Shown here: one piece after another, positions 1-9,585 of the stretch
Position numbering within the stretch: the stretch's first letter is position 1
Layout of the letters: the number at the start of each line of letters is the position of its first letter
Source: a virus
Length of the DNA: 64,000 nucleotides
Direction: 5' to 3' (one strand)
Virus record (IMG/VR): IMGVR_UViG_3300048592_000244
Location: 42,114-106,113 of that record
Position numbers and translations under genes: made by a program
The notes under the pieces: model-generated
Seen by the model: the letters and a program-made list of their open reading frames with translations, nothing else
What the model was told of the DNA's origin: nothing
Databases searched by the model: none

Positions 1-1
1 G

Positions 2-115
2 GAACGATATAGCGCCAGCGTGAATTTCCGCAAGGCGCAGCACGAGTTGAAGGACGAGATCGACAAGAACGTGACGTTGAACGAGAGCGTGTTCATCAAG
101 CCGCAGAAGGCGTAG
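2..115 (+). CDS. 3' end of an upstream gene truncated by the window edge (...ERYSASVNFRKAQHELKDEIDKNVTLNESVFIKPQKA*)
   Basis: Open frame from base 2 to TAG at 113-115, 3 nt before the next ATG. Confidence 0.6.
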   Translation, partial: ERYSASVNFRKAQHELKDEIDKNVTLNESVFIKPQKA

Positions 116-118
116 TAC

Positions 119-577
119 ATGGCCATGACGCCACAGGAGAGGAAGGAAGCTGCGCGGATCGAAGATGATCTGCGCAGTATGGCGTTGAGGATCAACGAGA
201 CCAAGCAGAAGATCGACGTAGCAGAGCAGGAAATTCGTGACTTGCAGAAGGCGATGAAGCCGAAGCAGGTGGCAGTACGACGCAGGCGGTTACAGGTGCT
301 GTACGAGCGCCTGTCTGAAAAGAGCGTTACGAAGGCATCGACATCAGCGGCTCTTTCGGCAGCAGGCATGTCGAGTGTGGCATCAGAAATTGACGCGCTT
401 GAGCGAGAGGTAGAATTGCTTGAGCGCATGAACACTAAGGAAATTCCCGGCAAGGTGCAGACCAAGCGAGCGCAGATACGTCTGGAAAAGCAGGTGCTGG
501 AGCGGCTCTACTCGAAGATCAGGGAAAAGAGCAAACGCCTAGACCGGATCAAGCTGAAATTAGGAACAGAGGACTAA
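119..577 (+). CDS. Hypothetical coiled-coil protein
   Basis: 152 aa, K/R/E-rich heptads, tightly packed with its neighbours. Confidence 0.7.
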   Translation: MAMTPQERKEAARIEDDLRSMALRINETKQKIDVAEQEIRDLQKAMKPKQVAVRRRRLQVLYERLSEKSVTKASTSAALSAAGMSSVASEIDALEREVELLERMNTKEIPGKVQTKRAQIRLEKQVLERLYSKIREKSKRLDRIKLKLGTED

Positions 578-579
578 CC

Positions 580-1014
580 ATGAGCGCAGCATCTGAACTA
601 CGCGACGTACAGCGCAAACGCAGCGGGCTCAAGAAGCTGATCGCCGGGCACGTCCGTCTGGATAACCAAGGTCAGGCTGCTGAACTGGAGAAGGAATTCA
701 ACAAGCTCACCAATAAGATGCGTGAGCTTGAGCAGCAACTGCTTGAGGAGGAGCGCGAGGCAAAGGAGACAGCAGCACGCGTTGCCAAGGAAGCGGAAAA
801 GAAAAAGAAGGACAAGAAGGCAGCCAACAATGAGTACGAGCGCCTGATGTCCAACGTCAAGGATGTCGAGGGCGCACTGTCTGACGTCCGCAAGGCCCTC
901 TCCCGTGAGAAGGACGACAAGAAGAAGTCCAAGCTCTATCAGGAAGAAGGCAAGCTCAAGAAGCTGTGGTCCCGGCTGGTCATGGAGGCCAAGCACGCGA
1001 GGGACGGGAAATAA
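580..1014 (+). CDS. Hypothetical basic coiled-coil protein
   Basis: 144 aa, very K/E-rich; AGAGGA upstream. Confidence 0.7.
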   Translation: MSAASELRDVQRKRSGLKKLIAGHVRLDNQGQAAELEKEFNKLTNKMRELEQQLLEEEREAKETAARVAKEAEKKKKDKKAANNEYERLMSNVKDVEGALSDVRKALSREKDDKKKSKLYQEEGKLKKLWSRLVMEAKHARDGK

Positions 1015-1086
1015 TTCCTCGACACCTTTCAGCCTAAAGCTACCATCTCCGTGTTGCCCTGACGGCTCAGGGGGAAATTACCGGAG

Positions 1087-1410
1087 ATGAAGATGAAACG
1101 CACCACACTGTTCCTGCTCCTCGTGTTCACAGCCTGCCTCGCGGTGGGCTGCTCGAACATTCAGGTCCAGCAGGACGTTGCCGAGCAGAACGAAGTCAAC
1201 GTCAACCAAGCGGCGGAAGACGTCGTGACGATGGCCGACCTGCTCGACCGCGCTGCCAAGGGCGACGAAACTTGGAAGGAGGAATGGGACGATCCGAACA
1301 CGACCGACCCGGACCTCAAGGGAGCTATTCGCGGCTCCATCACGGCGAACATCGCTGGATGGAAAAAGACCGCGAAGGAAATTGTGGAGATCGCCAAACT
1401 CAGTGAGTAG
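1087..1410 (+). CDS. Predicted lipoprotein
   Basis: Basic N-terminus, hydrophobic stretch and lipobox-like LAVG-C. Confidence 0.7.
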   Translation: MKMKRTTLFLLLVFTACLAVGCSNIQVQQDVAEQNEVNVNQAAEDVVTMADLLDRAAKGDETWKEEWDDPNTTDPDLKGAIRGSITANIAGWKKTAKEIVEIAKLSE

Positions 1411-1448
1411 CTGAGTAGCGACCACAGCGATTCTGAGGGAGAACCCAG

Positions 1449-2459
1449 ATGCCAGAGGACACGCCCAATGCAGAACAGCCAGAAGTCGCCGGAGCAGGAG
1501 GTGCGGGAGACGGTGAAGGAAGTCCGCCGCATCCAACAGAGCAGCCTGCCGGAGAGCAGCCTGCGCCTGACGCCGGAACAGGAAGCCCTGATTCGGGAGC
1601 AGATGGAGCAACCGACTCCGCAGCACCAGCCGGGGAGAGTGAACCCGGAGGCGTTGCCGGAGGAGGAACAGGAGGCGAGAGCCAGCCTGAACCGACGCCA
1701 GCGGAAGGCAGCGGACAAGAAGTTCCTGAAATCGCGGGGAGTGAAGAAACCCCGACTGCGGAAACTCCTGCGCCGGAATCCGCCCCGGTAGTTCCGCCGC
1801 CTCCACCGGCGACACCGCCCGTAGCAGCAGTGCCGACCGTGCCGATGGCGTCTGACGATCCGCGTAAGATGACCATGTTGGGTGCCGGACCCACGACACC
1901 TGATACACCACCGACCGAGGCACCATCCGACCCTACCACGCCGCCATCGTCCGACGTGCAGCCAGCGGTGGGGCTGCCTACCGAGAACGAGAGCGACGAG
2001 AGCGATTCCGATGGTTTGAGTGACGAGGAAAAAAGCATCGGAGAAGAACTCACCGAACTCGGTGGCGAGGCGCTGGACAAGGCGAAGGAAATTGGGCGTG
2101 CCACGCTCAAGTCCGCGCTGAACGAGTCACGCGATTTCATCAAGACCGTGCTGAACAACAAGGACATGACCGAGGCGGAGAAGCACGAAGTCGCCCGGCT
2201 GTATCGCGCTGCCGAGAAGCACGCCCTGATGGGCAAGGTGGCCACAGCACACGCGATGGGCAAGCGTCTCGACAACTTCGTCAAGAGCAGCAGCAAGGTG
2301 CTCAAGAGCCAGAAGGCGCGGGCCTCACAGAATTATCTGACGGGCCTGCTCAAGCTCGCAACCGGCGCTGTGAGCACGTTCTTCGGTGCATTCGGCACCC
2401 CGCTGGTGGACAAGCTCACCGATATTGGCTTGAAAGCCACGGACGAGTTTTTACAGTAA
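1449..2459 (+). CDS. Hypothetical protein with disordered Pro/Ala/Glu-rich N-half and helical, amphipathic C-half
   Basis: 336 aa; GGGAGA RBS; followed by a terminator hairpin. Confidence 0.7.
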   Translation: MPEDTPNAEQPEVAGAGGAGDGEGSPPHPTEQPAGEQPAPDAGTGSPDSGADGATDSAAPAGESEPGGVAGGGTGGESQPEPTPAEGSGQEVPEIAGSEETPTAETPAPESAPVVPPPPPATPPVAAVPTVPMASDDPRKMTMLGAGPTTPDTPPTEAPSDPTTPPSSDVQPAVGLPTENESDESDSDGLSDEEKSIGEELTELGGEALDKAKEIGRATLKSALNESRDFIKTVLNNKDMTEAEKHEVARLYRAAEKHALMGKVATAHAMGKRLDNFVKSSSKVLKSQKARASQNYLTGLLKLATGAVSTFFGAFGTPLVDKLTDIGLKATDEFLQ

Positions 2460-2507
2460 GGGCACGGACAGGAAAGTGATGGGTTCGCTCCCTGCTTCCT
2501 CATGGCT

Positions 2508-2537
2508 AAGGACGGCTGCTCTCGGGCAGCCGTCTTT
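2508..2537 (+). terminator. Probable intrinsic terminator
   Basis: AAGGACGGCTGC-TCTCGG-GCAGCCGTCTTT stem-loop. Confidence 0.55.
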
Positions 2538-2563
2538 GCGTAGATAAGCCAAGGAGGCTTTAC

Positions 2564-2818
2564 ATGGACAAGCTCATCGAATTGGTTCCTGAGCGCCTGC
2601 GCTCACGCAAGCTGGCACTGACGTCGGTGCTGATGTACGTGCTCTCGCAACTACAGTCGTTCGGCATCGAGATTCCTGCGGAGACGCAGGCGTACTTGAT
2701 CGCCGGTGCCGGTGGGCTCTACGTCACCGTGCAGGGTGTGCAGGACACGATTGAGAAGGCCATCAAGGCGTGGAAGGGCACGCCGACCGAGCCAATCGTA
2801 GATACACCGGAAGGGTAG
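2564..2818 (+). CDS. Small membrane protein, holin-like
   Basis: 84 aa; RSRK followed by two hydrophobic segments ending YVTVQGVQD; strong AAGGAGG RBS. Confidence 0.5.
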   Translation: MDKLIELVPERLRSRKLALTSVLMYVLSQLQSFGIEIPAETQAYLIAGAGGLYVTVQGVQDTIEKAIKAWKGTPTEPIVDTPEG

Positions 2819-2847
2819 CCACGGCACTGCACTTCCAATCTCCTGAT

Positions 2848-2886
2848 GACCCCGTTGGGAGTCGGTCCCCAGCGGGGTCTTCTTCT
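2848..2886 (+). terminator. Probable intrinsic terminator
   Basis: GACCCCGTTGGG...CCCAGCGGGGTC stem followed by TTCTTCT. Confidence 0.55.
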
Positions 2887-2899
2887 GTCTAGGGAGCAG

Positions 2900-3436
2900 A
2901 TGATGAAACGACTGGCACTGTTGCTCCTGCTGTTCCTCGCGGGATGCACGATACCTCTTTACGAGTCAAGAGACCGCGTGGGCATTGACTTGTGGGGCTC
3001 GCCCACCGTCACTGAGGACAGCTACGAATTCCAGATGAAATTCGACTCGCCTACTGATGATCCTTACCTCATCCAGTGGATCGACGTAGGTCCGTACCAC
3101 GGGGTGGAAGCATTCCGTGTGGTCGAGCCCTACAAGAGTCAGGTGGACACGCACTCAGTCAGCGAGACCAATTTCCAGCACAGGCGCATCACCATCGCGC
3201 CGGGTGACATCGAAGGCGCTGATGAGACCTTCTGGGGGTTCTCCATGCTGCCCTCGCAGTGGCCTGACAACTTCAACGCGACCTACCGAGCCAACCACAA
3301 CATTCAGGGCAGGGTCGTCTACCGCAAGCCTGAGCATGAGACTGTCTACTACCTGCACTTCGAGAACGGCGTCCTGACGTGGTGGATAGAAGGCCACGAG
3401 GATGAAAAGCGGGAGTGGCGGGCAGAGGGAAAGTAG
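2900..3436 (+). CDS. Predicted lipoprotein (start moved to ATG 2900)
   Basis: MMKRLALLLLLFLAG-C lipobox; AGGGAG RBS just upstream. Confidence 0.75.
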   Translation: MMKRLALLLLLFLAGCTIPLYESRDRVGIDLWGSPTVTEDSYEFQMKFDSPTDDPYLIQWIDVGPYHGVEAFRVVEPYKSQVDTHSVSETNFQHRRITIAPGDIEGADETFWGFSMLPSQWPDNFNATYRANHNIQGRVVYRKPEHETVYYLHFENGVLTWWIEGHEDEKREWRAEGK

Positions 3437-3450
3437 GCTAATCTTTCCGC

Positions 3451-4770
3451 ATGGCACGCACGACAAGCACATCATTCAGCATCAACGACGCAGGCACGTT
3501 CTTTGCCAACAAGTCGCTGCTGCTCGATCTCCAGAAGTTCCAGCAGGAGGTTGAGGAAGACCCCAACAAGTACAACCGGGGCGTACTGCTTGGATTCCAG
3601 ACACAGTTCGACATCTATGGCACCGGGGAGTTCGACCGGATGTACGCGGCGATGGTGCAGCGGGACTTCGGTGACACGCTGGACGGCAGGCAGGAAAGAA
3701 TGCTGGCAGCCATGCTGGACCGCCATAAGGGCCTCTGGACGCAGGCGATCACGAAAGCCTTTTCTGTGGCCGCCAACAGCGTAGAAGGCAGGACACAGTT
3801 CGGTCAGCCGACCATCCTCCAGCGCATTGTCAATTTCTTCACTCAAGAAGACCGACAGCAATCATCGCTGGGCTTCTTCGTGGATGAGCATGATCGTGTG
3901 TTCAGCACACGGAAGCTGGCTACTGCCGCAGCCGAGGAAACGACGATCACGGTGAAAATGTCCGCACTGGATTGGGTGCTCGACGCCAAGGTGATGATAA
4001 TTGAGGTGCCGGGCGAGCCGGACAAGTACGTCACTCCGCGTCAGTTGATTCGGCTGGTGGACACAGGCCAGTACCCAGAGAACGACGTGCAGAATCACGT
4101 GAACAGAACTGCACGCGCCAACTTGAATTTCCCCATTATCATCAGCAAGTGGGGGACTGTAGACGCGACTGTTGTGGATGGAATTCACCGCATACTCAAA
4201 GCCCACCTTCTCGGACGGCGTACCATCAAGGCGCAGGTCTTGCGCGGGGGCGTACCGGAGTCTGCTACAGCAGTGCGATTCAAGATACCCACCGAGGCAC
4301 AGATGAAGCCGCAGCTACTCGGTGTTGCTCGCGCAGCCACACAGGGGAGCAGTAAACGTATCTTCAAACAGCGGTTGGCACCCTTCGTCCAGATGCTTTA
4401 CAAGACGATGGGCATGAATTTCCGCAGGGACTTCGAGATCATGGTGGCCCGGTTTGCTGTCAGCCAGAAGGGCGGCGAACAGCTATTCCTCATCAACAGC
4501 CACGTCTCGCAGGTTAGCAGCAAGACATGCAGATTATGCGCAGGGAGGGTTTTCACCCGTGAATCTCTACGCTATGCTGCGCAGGAGTTGTCACCGAATC
4601 TTTTCCACCCGAACTGTGTTCACTACGTCGTCAGGTCTTTTCAGGAAACGACCGAGACCTACGACGGCAAGCAGGGCGCGGTTGTCACGATGCAGGAGAT
4701 CGGCAGGTGGATTTCATCCGGCAGGACGAAGAAGGCAAAGCGTCAGGCCCCGGTAAGCATAAACGTCTAA
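3451..4770 (+). CDS. Phage Mu gpF/SPP1 gp7-like minor head protein with an internal ParB/Srx-like domain
   Basis: C-terminal TCRLC...FHPNCVH motif typical of MuF; internal PIII...VVDGIHRILKAHLLGRRTIKAQV is a ParB-N signature; lies upstream of scaffold and capsid. Confidence 0.7.
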   Translation: MARTTSTSFSINDAGTFFANKSLLLDLQKFQQEVEEDPNKYNRGVLLGFQTQFDIYGTGEFDRMYAAMVQRDFGDTLDGRQERMLAAMLDRHKGLWTQAITKAFSVAANSVEGRTQFGQPTILQRIVNFFTQEDRQQSSLGFFVDEHDRVFSTRKLATAAAEETTITVKMSALDWVLDAKVMIIEVPGEPDKYVTPRQLIRLVDTGQYPENDVQNHVNRTARANLNFPIIISKWGTVDATVVDGIHRILKAHLLGRRTIKAQVLRGGVPESATAVRFKIPTEAQMKPQLLGVARAATQGSSKRIFKQRLAPFVQMLYKTMGMNFRRDFEIMVARFAVSQKGGEQLFLINSHVSQVSSKTCRLCAGRVFTRESLRYAAQELSPNLFHPNCVHYVVRSFQETTETYDGKQGAVVTMQEIGRWISSGRTKKAKRQAPVSINV

Positions 4771-4782
4771 GGAGATTGGATC

Positions 4783-5940
4783 ATGGCAGGAGCAGCGCAA
4801 CAGCCGCAAGGCCAGCCGGTGGCGACCGACCCCACCAAGGCACAGGACGGCCAGATTTTCAAAGGTGGTGATGTCAAGGGCGAGGGCTACGACGACTTCG
4901 ACAAAGCCCGCGAGGGCATGAACCAGAAGCTGCGTCAGAAGCAGGAAGCAGACGCCGCTGCTGAACAGGCCAAGATCGCGGAGGGCCAGACAAAGGCCAA
5001 GATCGAGGGCAAGGCCGCAGCCATCGTCGAAGGCATCGACATCAACGCCATCGCTGATGAGGTGGATGCTGATTTCAAGATGGCGGAAAAGATTCGCGCC
5101 TTCCGCAAGCTGTCGCCGGAAAATGAGCAGAAGCTCGCGGCCATTTCCAAAAGTGTCCAGCAGCGCCGACAGGAGCGCATTGACAAGTTGCTCAACGACC
5201 CTGATATGAACAGCGATCTTGACAATGCGCTGGACGCCGCTGGTGCCCAACCGCCGACGCAGCCGCAGAAGCCTGCTGGTCAGCAGGAGCCTGCCGGGCA
5301 ACAGGCACCGGCAGAAGGTACGCCACAGGCACAGCCCGGCCAGCAGCCCCCGGTACAGCAGCCCGATCAGCAACTGGACATCAACCAGTTGTTGGACAGC
5401 AAGTTGGCCGGTGTGCGCAAGGAACTGGAAGACAAGATCAAGAAGACGAACAACGAGCTTGAGCAGGAGCGCATCCGCCGCCAAGAAGCTGAAAACAAGA
5501 TGAAGGAAATGAAGCAGGCGGAAGAAAATCGTGTCCAGCAGGAAGTACGCACGAATTTCAACAGCAATGCTGGCAAGCTGGGTATCCCCGAAGACCTGCT
5601 TGACGTAGCCTTTGGCAAGGCACGCGACATTGTGAACGCCAACCAGCGCCAGATGTCGTGGGACGACATTTTCGCTGCCATGAAGACGCAATTCCCGTCG
5701 CTTTTTCGCGGCAAGCAGGCCACGGCCCCAGCCGAGGGCGGTGGAAACGCTGGCGCAGACGCTGGCGAGGCGGCGAAGAAAGTCACTGTGAAGGCCGGAA
5801 CCGGCACCGGCGCAGGTGGAGCAGGCCCCAAAAATCCGCCCCCGGCAGCAGGCGGAAAGAAGGAGCATGATTCCTTCGACGAAGCCAAGAAAGCCCTGAG
5901 CAAGCGGGCGGAGCAGATGGCAGCAGGTGGTGGGGGATAA
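4783..5940 (+). CDS. Probable capsid scaffolding protein
   Basis: Coiled-coil and Q/P-rich linker, directly upstream of the major capsid gene. Confidence 0.65.
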   Translation: MAGAAQQPQGQPVATDPTKAQDGQIFKGGDVKGEGYDDFDKAREGMNQKLRQKQEADAAAEQAKIAEGQTKAKIEGKAAAIVEGIDINAIADEVDADFKMAEKIRAFRKLSPENEQKLAAISKSVQQRRQERIDKLLNDPDMNSDLDNALDAAGAQPPTQPQKPAGQQEPAGQQAPAEGTPQAQPGQQPPVQQPDQQLDINQLLDSKLAGVRKELEDKIKKTNNELEQERIRRQEAENKMKEMKQAEENRVQQEVRTNFNSNAGKLGIPEDLLDVAFGKARDIVNANQRQMSWDDIFAAMKTQFPSLFRGKQATAPAEGGGNAGADAGEAAKKVTVKAGTGTGAGGAGPKNPPPAAGGKKEHDSFDEAKKALSKRAEQMAAGGGG

Positions 5941-5968
5941 TTTCGGCCTGACACCCATCGAATAAATT

Positions 5969-6015
5969 CCAGCGGTATTTCTCCCACAGGGGTTGAAATA
6001 CCGCTGGTTTCTTTT
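5969..6015 (+). terminator. 13-bp hairpin with U-rich tail between scaffold and capsid genes
   Basis: CCAGCGGTATTTC (5969-5981) / GAAATACCGCTGG (5995-6007) then TTTCTTTT. Confidence 0.55.
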
Positions 6016-6083
6016 CCATGCTCAGGGGGCACCGCAGTAACCCCGCTCTGTGCGGGAAATTGTTTTCGGACTAGGAGTAACAC

Positions 6084-7085
6084 ATGCCCGGCGTAGCAGG
6101 CTTCAATTTCGCTGACGCCGCCGTCATGGTGAAAGAGGAGTTCGAGTCCACGTTCTACCGGACTTTCGTCCGCAACAACGTGTTCATGGAACTGCTCAAC
6201 CCCACTCGTGAGGAGTACGTCGAAAAGGACATCCGCTGGAAGCTCTACTACAGCGGAAACCCTGCGGCGGGCTCGTACAGCGAGGACGGCGACATTGGCA
6301 TCAACCGCACCGACCTTGGTGAGCGTTTCACCACGGCCCAGCTTGACTGGAAGCTGAACGGTGTGCCGATCAAAGTGAGCGGTCTGGCGCAGGCCATCAC
6401 CCAGAGCCCCAAGGCGATCATCGACGCCGTGGGGGAAAACACCGAGCAGGCCCTCAAGCAGTTGCAGGCGAACATGAACCTGCAACTCCTGAGCGACGGC
6501 GCTGGCAACCTGAACGGCGTCAACCCGGCCCTCAACGCCGGTCTTGACATCACCGGAATTCAGGCGGCCATCGACGACGGTGGTGACGTAGCGATCTACG
6601 GTGGCATCGACCGCACCGTGGACGTCTACTGGCAGAGCTTCGTGCTCCGCAATCCACTGGCCCCCGGCACCCCGCGCCCGCTGACCGAAGCACTGATGCA
6701 CCAAGTGATGAACGAGCTTCGTCAGGTGCGTCAGGGCCGCGTCACGCACATCCTGTGCAGCCCGAACGTCTTCACGCAGTACGGTCTCCTGCTTCAAGGC
6801 GACCGTCGCTACCCGCTTACGGGCGGTGGCGCGAACCGCTATGTCGGCGGTTTCGAGGCGTTGAAGTTCGACGACGTTGCACTGGTGAGCGTTCCTCTCT
6901 ACGAGGAAGGCCGCATGGACTTCGTGGACATGGACCTGTTGAAGTACAAGATTCTCTTGGACTTCACCATTTCCCCGCGTGACGCAGGCATCCGCGATGC
7001 CAACGTCATGCACGCGAAGACCTACAGCCAGTTCCAGTGCAAGAACAGCTTCGTCATGGGAAGCATCCGCGACCTGATCGTCTAG
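6084..7085 (+). CDS. Major capsid protein (HK97-fold, inferred)
   Basis: 333 aa; YGGIDRT...YWQS and GGFEALKFDD motifs of phage MCPs; position after scaffold; strongly biased codons; terminator follows. Confidence 0.8.
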   Translation: MPGVAGFNFADAAVMVKEEFESTFYRTFVRNNVFMELLNPTREEYVEKDIRWKLYYSGNPAAGSYSEDGDIGINRTDLGERFTTAQLDWKLNGVPIKVSGLAQAITQSPKAIIDAVGENTEQALKQLQANMNLQLLSDGAGNLNGVNPALNAGLDITGIQAAIDDGGDVAIYGGIDRTVDVYWQSFVLRNPLAPGTPRPLTEALMHQVMNELRQVRQGRVTHILCSPNVFTQYGLLLQGDRRYPLTGGGANRYVGGFEALKFDDVALVSVPLYEEGRMDFVDMDLLKYKILLDFTISPRDAGIRDANVMHAKTYSQFQCKNSFVMGSIRDLIV

Positions 7086-7116
7086 TAGAGCAGGCGGTCT
7101 GACAAGCTAGGAAAAG

Positions 7117-7150
7117 AGGGCCGTCCTTCGGGGCGGCCCTTGCATTATTT
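7117..7150 (+). terminator. Intrinsic terminator after the capsid gene
   Basis: AGGGCCGTCC-TTCG-GGGCGGCCCT then T-rich tract. Confidence 0.75.
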
Positions 7151-7204
7151 ATGATGCAAACCACAATGAGGGCCTTGGTTTGAATTTCTCACAGGAGATG
7201 GAAA

Positions 7205-8425
7205 ATGTCAGGACCGACGTCTGGACTCCCTGCTGGTTATCCTGCACCGCCCGCTGCGCCGACAGGGCTGGTTCCGCAGGGACAAGCAGGACCGTATCAG
7301 TACGGGAGAAATCGTGGCCAGAACCGGCCCGACATGAACCCGCTCAACAGCCGACCGGCGATGCTGGTGAAAAACAGCGCCCGCAAACGCCTAAACGAGT
7401 ACCTTCGGGACCAAGGGCTCCAGCCCTTCGCAGAGCACGAGGAAATTCCCGGCCTGTTTATCCTGATCGAACTCATGCACATGACCGTGGAGCCACTGCG
7501 CACAGACGCCAACCGCGCCTTCCGCGACATGCCCGTCAAGCTGTCCACCAGCCAGACTGTCCGCACAGTCTGGCGTCGTCTTCCCTACGAGGCCGTGCCC
7601 TACGAGGCCCGCACATTCCCGCTGCACGTCGCCCGGATGATGCTCCAGCAGATCGAGAATTACAGCTACACGATCTACCCGGAACTCGTTCAGCAGGGCA
7701 ACTTGCAGGTCTGGCAGGCGCGTCCACTGATGCAGGGTGAAGGCGTGCAGATCGCGCCGGTGCGCTGGCGTGCGCCGACCCAGCAGGAATTGAACGCCAT
7801 GAACGCGATGGCGAATCGCCTCAGCCAGTCAGACGGCATTGCCAGTCGTCGTCCGGGCGGAGGTGGTGGCCTGATGGTGTCGCTCAACCCTGAGAAGGAC
7901 AGACGGGTGATGGACGCCACGCAGACAGCAGAGGCGAAGGGAAATCCCGATGTCCACACATTCCAGCAGCCACAGGCACCGCAAGGAGCCCCGGCACCGA
8001 CGCCGGAATATCCGCAGCCGCAGTCAGCACCACCGTCCGCTCCACCGGCGTCGAGCCAGCAGTACGCCCAGACACCACAGGGACAGCAGGTGCAGCAGGG
8101 CCTGCCTCCGCAGCCAGCGCCGCAGATGCAGGTTGACCCGCAGGCGTCACCGCAGCAGGCAGGGCAGAGCACCAGCATGAAGTCCGATCTGCATGAGCCT
8201 GTGAACGCGACCAACGAGATACCTGAGACAGTCCGCCGCAACACCGCTGCCAGCAATGAAGCGACAGCGGAGGAAAATCAGGAAGCTCTGGCGGCGGGCC
8301 ACCGGGAAATCCCCGAGGATGCACCGCCACCGGCGACCAGCAAGGCGCACGTTCCACCGCCGCCAACGACACAGGCGCAAAACCCCGGCAACGTACCACC
8401 TCCGCCTCCGCCACCGACTCGCTAG
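7205..8425 (+). CDS. Hypothetical protein with Pro/Gln-rich C-half
   Basis: 406 aa; AGGAG RBS. Confidence 0.7.
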   Translation: MSGPTSGLPAGYPAPPAAPTGLVPQGQAGPYQYGRNRGQNRPDMNPLNSRPAMLVKNSARKRLNEYLRDQGLQPFAEHEEIPGLFILIELMHMTVEPLRTDANRAFRDMPVKLSTSQTVRTVWRRLPYEAVPYEARTFPLHVARMMLQQIENYSYTIYPELVQQGNLQVWQARPLMQGEGVQIAPVRWRAPTQQELNAMNAMANRLSQSDGIASRRPGGGGGLMVSLNPEKDRRVMDATQTAEAKGNPDVHTFQQPQAPQGAPAPTPEYPQPQSAPPSAPPASSQQYAQTPQGQQVQQGLPPQPAPQMQVDPQASPQQAGQSTSMKSDLHEPVNATNEIPETVRRNTAASNEATAEENQEALAAGHREIPEDAPPPATSKAHVPPPPTTQAQNPGNVPPPPPPPTR

Positions 8426-8432
8426 AAAAGAC

Positions 8433-8464
8433 ACCGGCCAGCTTCGCGCTGGCCGGTTCTCTTT
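8433..8464 (+). terminator. Probable intrinsic terminator
   Basis: ACCGGCCAGC-TTCGC-GCTGGCCGGT then TCTCTTT. Confidence 0.65.
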
Positions 8465-8477
8465 GTAGGATGCACGC

Positions 8478-8876
8478 ATGGGTGACGGCAGCATTTCCAT
8501 CAACGTGACGAAGAAATTTCCTCTCAGGGCGCTGAGGAAGGGGTTCGCTGCTGCCACTGAGTACGCTCTCAAGCGAGTGGCCGACCGGCTGTTGTCAGAC
8601 TCACGTCAGTTCGTCCCTGTGCTCACCGGCGCGTTGAAGGACAGCGGCTTCGTGGAAGTGATGCCCACGGTCGATCAGGCGTTCGCTATGGTGAAGGTGA
8701 TCTACCCACTGGACTACGCTGAGACACAGCACGAGGATGAGTACCGGCACCCATCCCTTGGATTCAGGGGCGCAGCCAAGTACCTACAGAAACCACTAGA
8801 CCTCTACACTGACTTTTACTTTGAGCTTTTCGCCTTTGAATTCGATGAGTACGTTGAAAGGAACGGCCTCTCGTAG
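8478..8876 (+). CDS. HK97 gp10-like / minor capsid neck protein
   Basis: VPVLTGALKDSG...YAETQHE...AKYLQKP family motif. Confidence 0.75.
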   Translation: MGDGSISINVTKKFPLRALRKGFAAATEYALKRVADRLLSDSRQFVPVLTGALKDSGFVEVMPTVDQAFAMVKVIYPLDYAETQHEDEYRHPSLGFRGAAKYLQKPLDLYTDFYFELFAFEFDEYVERNGLS

Positions 8877-8895
8877 ATAAGGGAAGGAGACGACC

Positions 8896-9582
8896 ATGCC
8901 TGACAAGGTTCTTGAGCACATCTGCTTCGGGGGCACCATTGAAGGTGGCCCGTTTGACCAACACCGACTCCGCGTGAGCGCCAATCGTGAGGGCCGCAAG
9001 TACGTCCCCAGCGTCACTGTCATGGGGCCTGACGGAATGTATCTACCGGCGAATCCGCTGGAAATTCCATCAGCGATCCTGCGCACCAGCAAGGAGAGCC
9101 CGGCTGCCGCGCTGGACGTAGCATTCAAGGCGCTCTACTTCTACCTGAACAACGAAGTCGCTGCTGCCCGCCTCAGTGAAGTGCAGGAGGAGTCCAAGCA
9201 CTGGATTTACCTCGACGAGATGGGCAAGCGCGATTACACGGCCATGCCTGACTACGACACCGAGGAGTACAAAACCTTCCAAGAGGAGGAATTCAACTAC
9301 ACGCCGCCCAACAGCGAAGCCGTGGTTGAAGCAGGGCTGATGACCATTGGCTCCAGCGCCAGCGTTGAGTCTGACGACGGTGTTGACGGCGATGCCGCTG
9401 ATGTCGGCGGCCAGAGCAAAGGCACGGGGGAGGGAGGTGTTGGTGCTGCCCCCGGCTCCGAGTCGTCTGTAGATGGCAACATGGCCGCAGACGAGGGCCT
9501 CCAGAATTTCCTCAAGAGCAATTCCGGCCTCAACCCGGAACTGTCCAGCACGCAGGGAGTAGGCACCGGCGAGAAGGGCTAA
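8896..9582 (+). CDS. Hypothetical protein with acidic C-terminus
   Basis: 228 aa; AAGGAG RBS. Confidence 0.7.
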   Translation: MPDKVLEHICFGGTIEGGPFDQHRLRVSANREGRKYVPSVTVMGPDGMYLPANPLEIPSAILRTSKESPAAALDVAFKALYFYLNNEVAAARLSEVQEESKHWIYLDEMGKRDYTAMPDYDTEEYKTFQEEEFNYTPPNSEAVVEAGLMTIGSSASVESDDGVDGDAADVGGQSKGTGEGGVGAAPGSESSVDGNMAADEGLQNFLKSNSGLNPELSSTQGVGTGEKG

Positions 9583-9585
9583 ACC

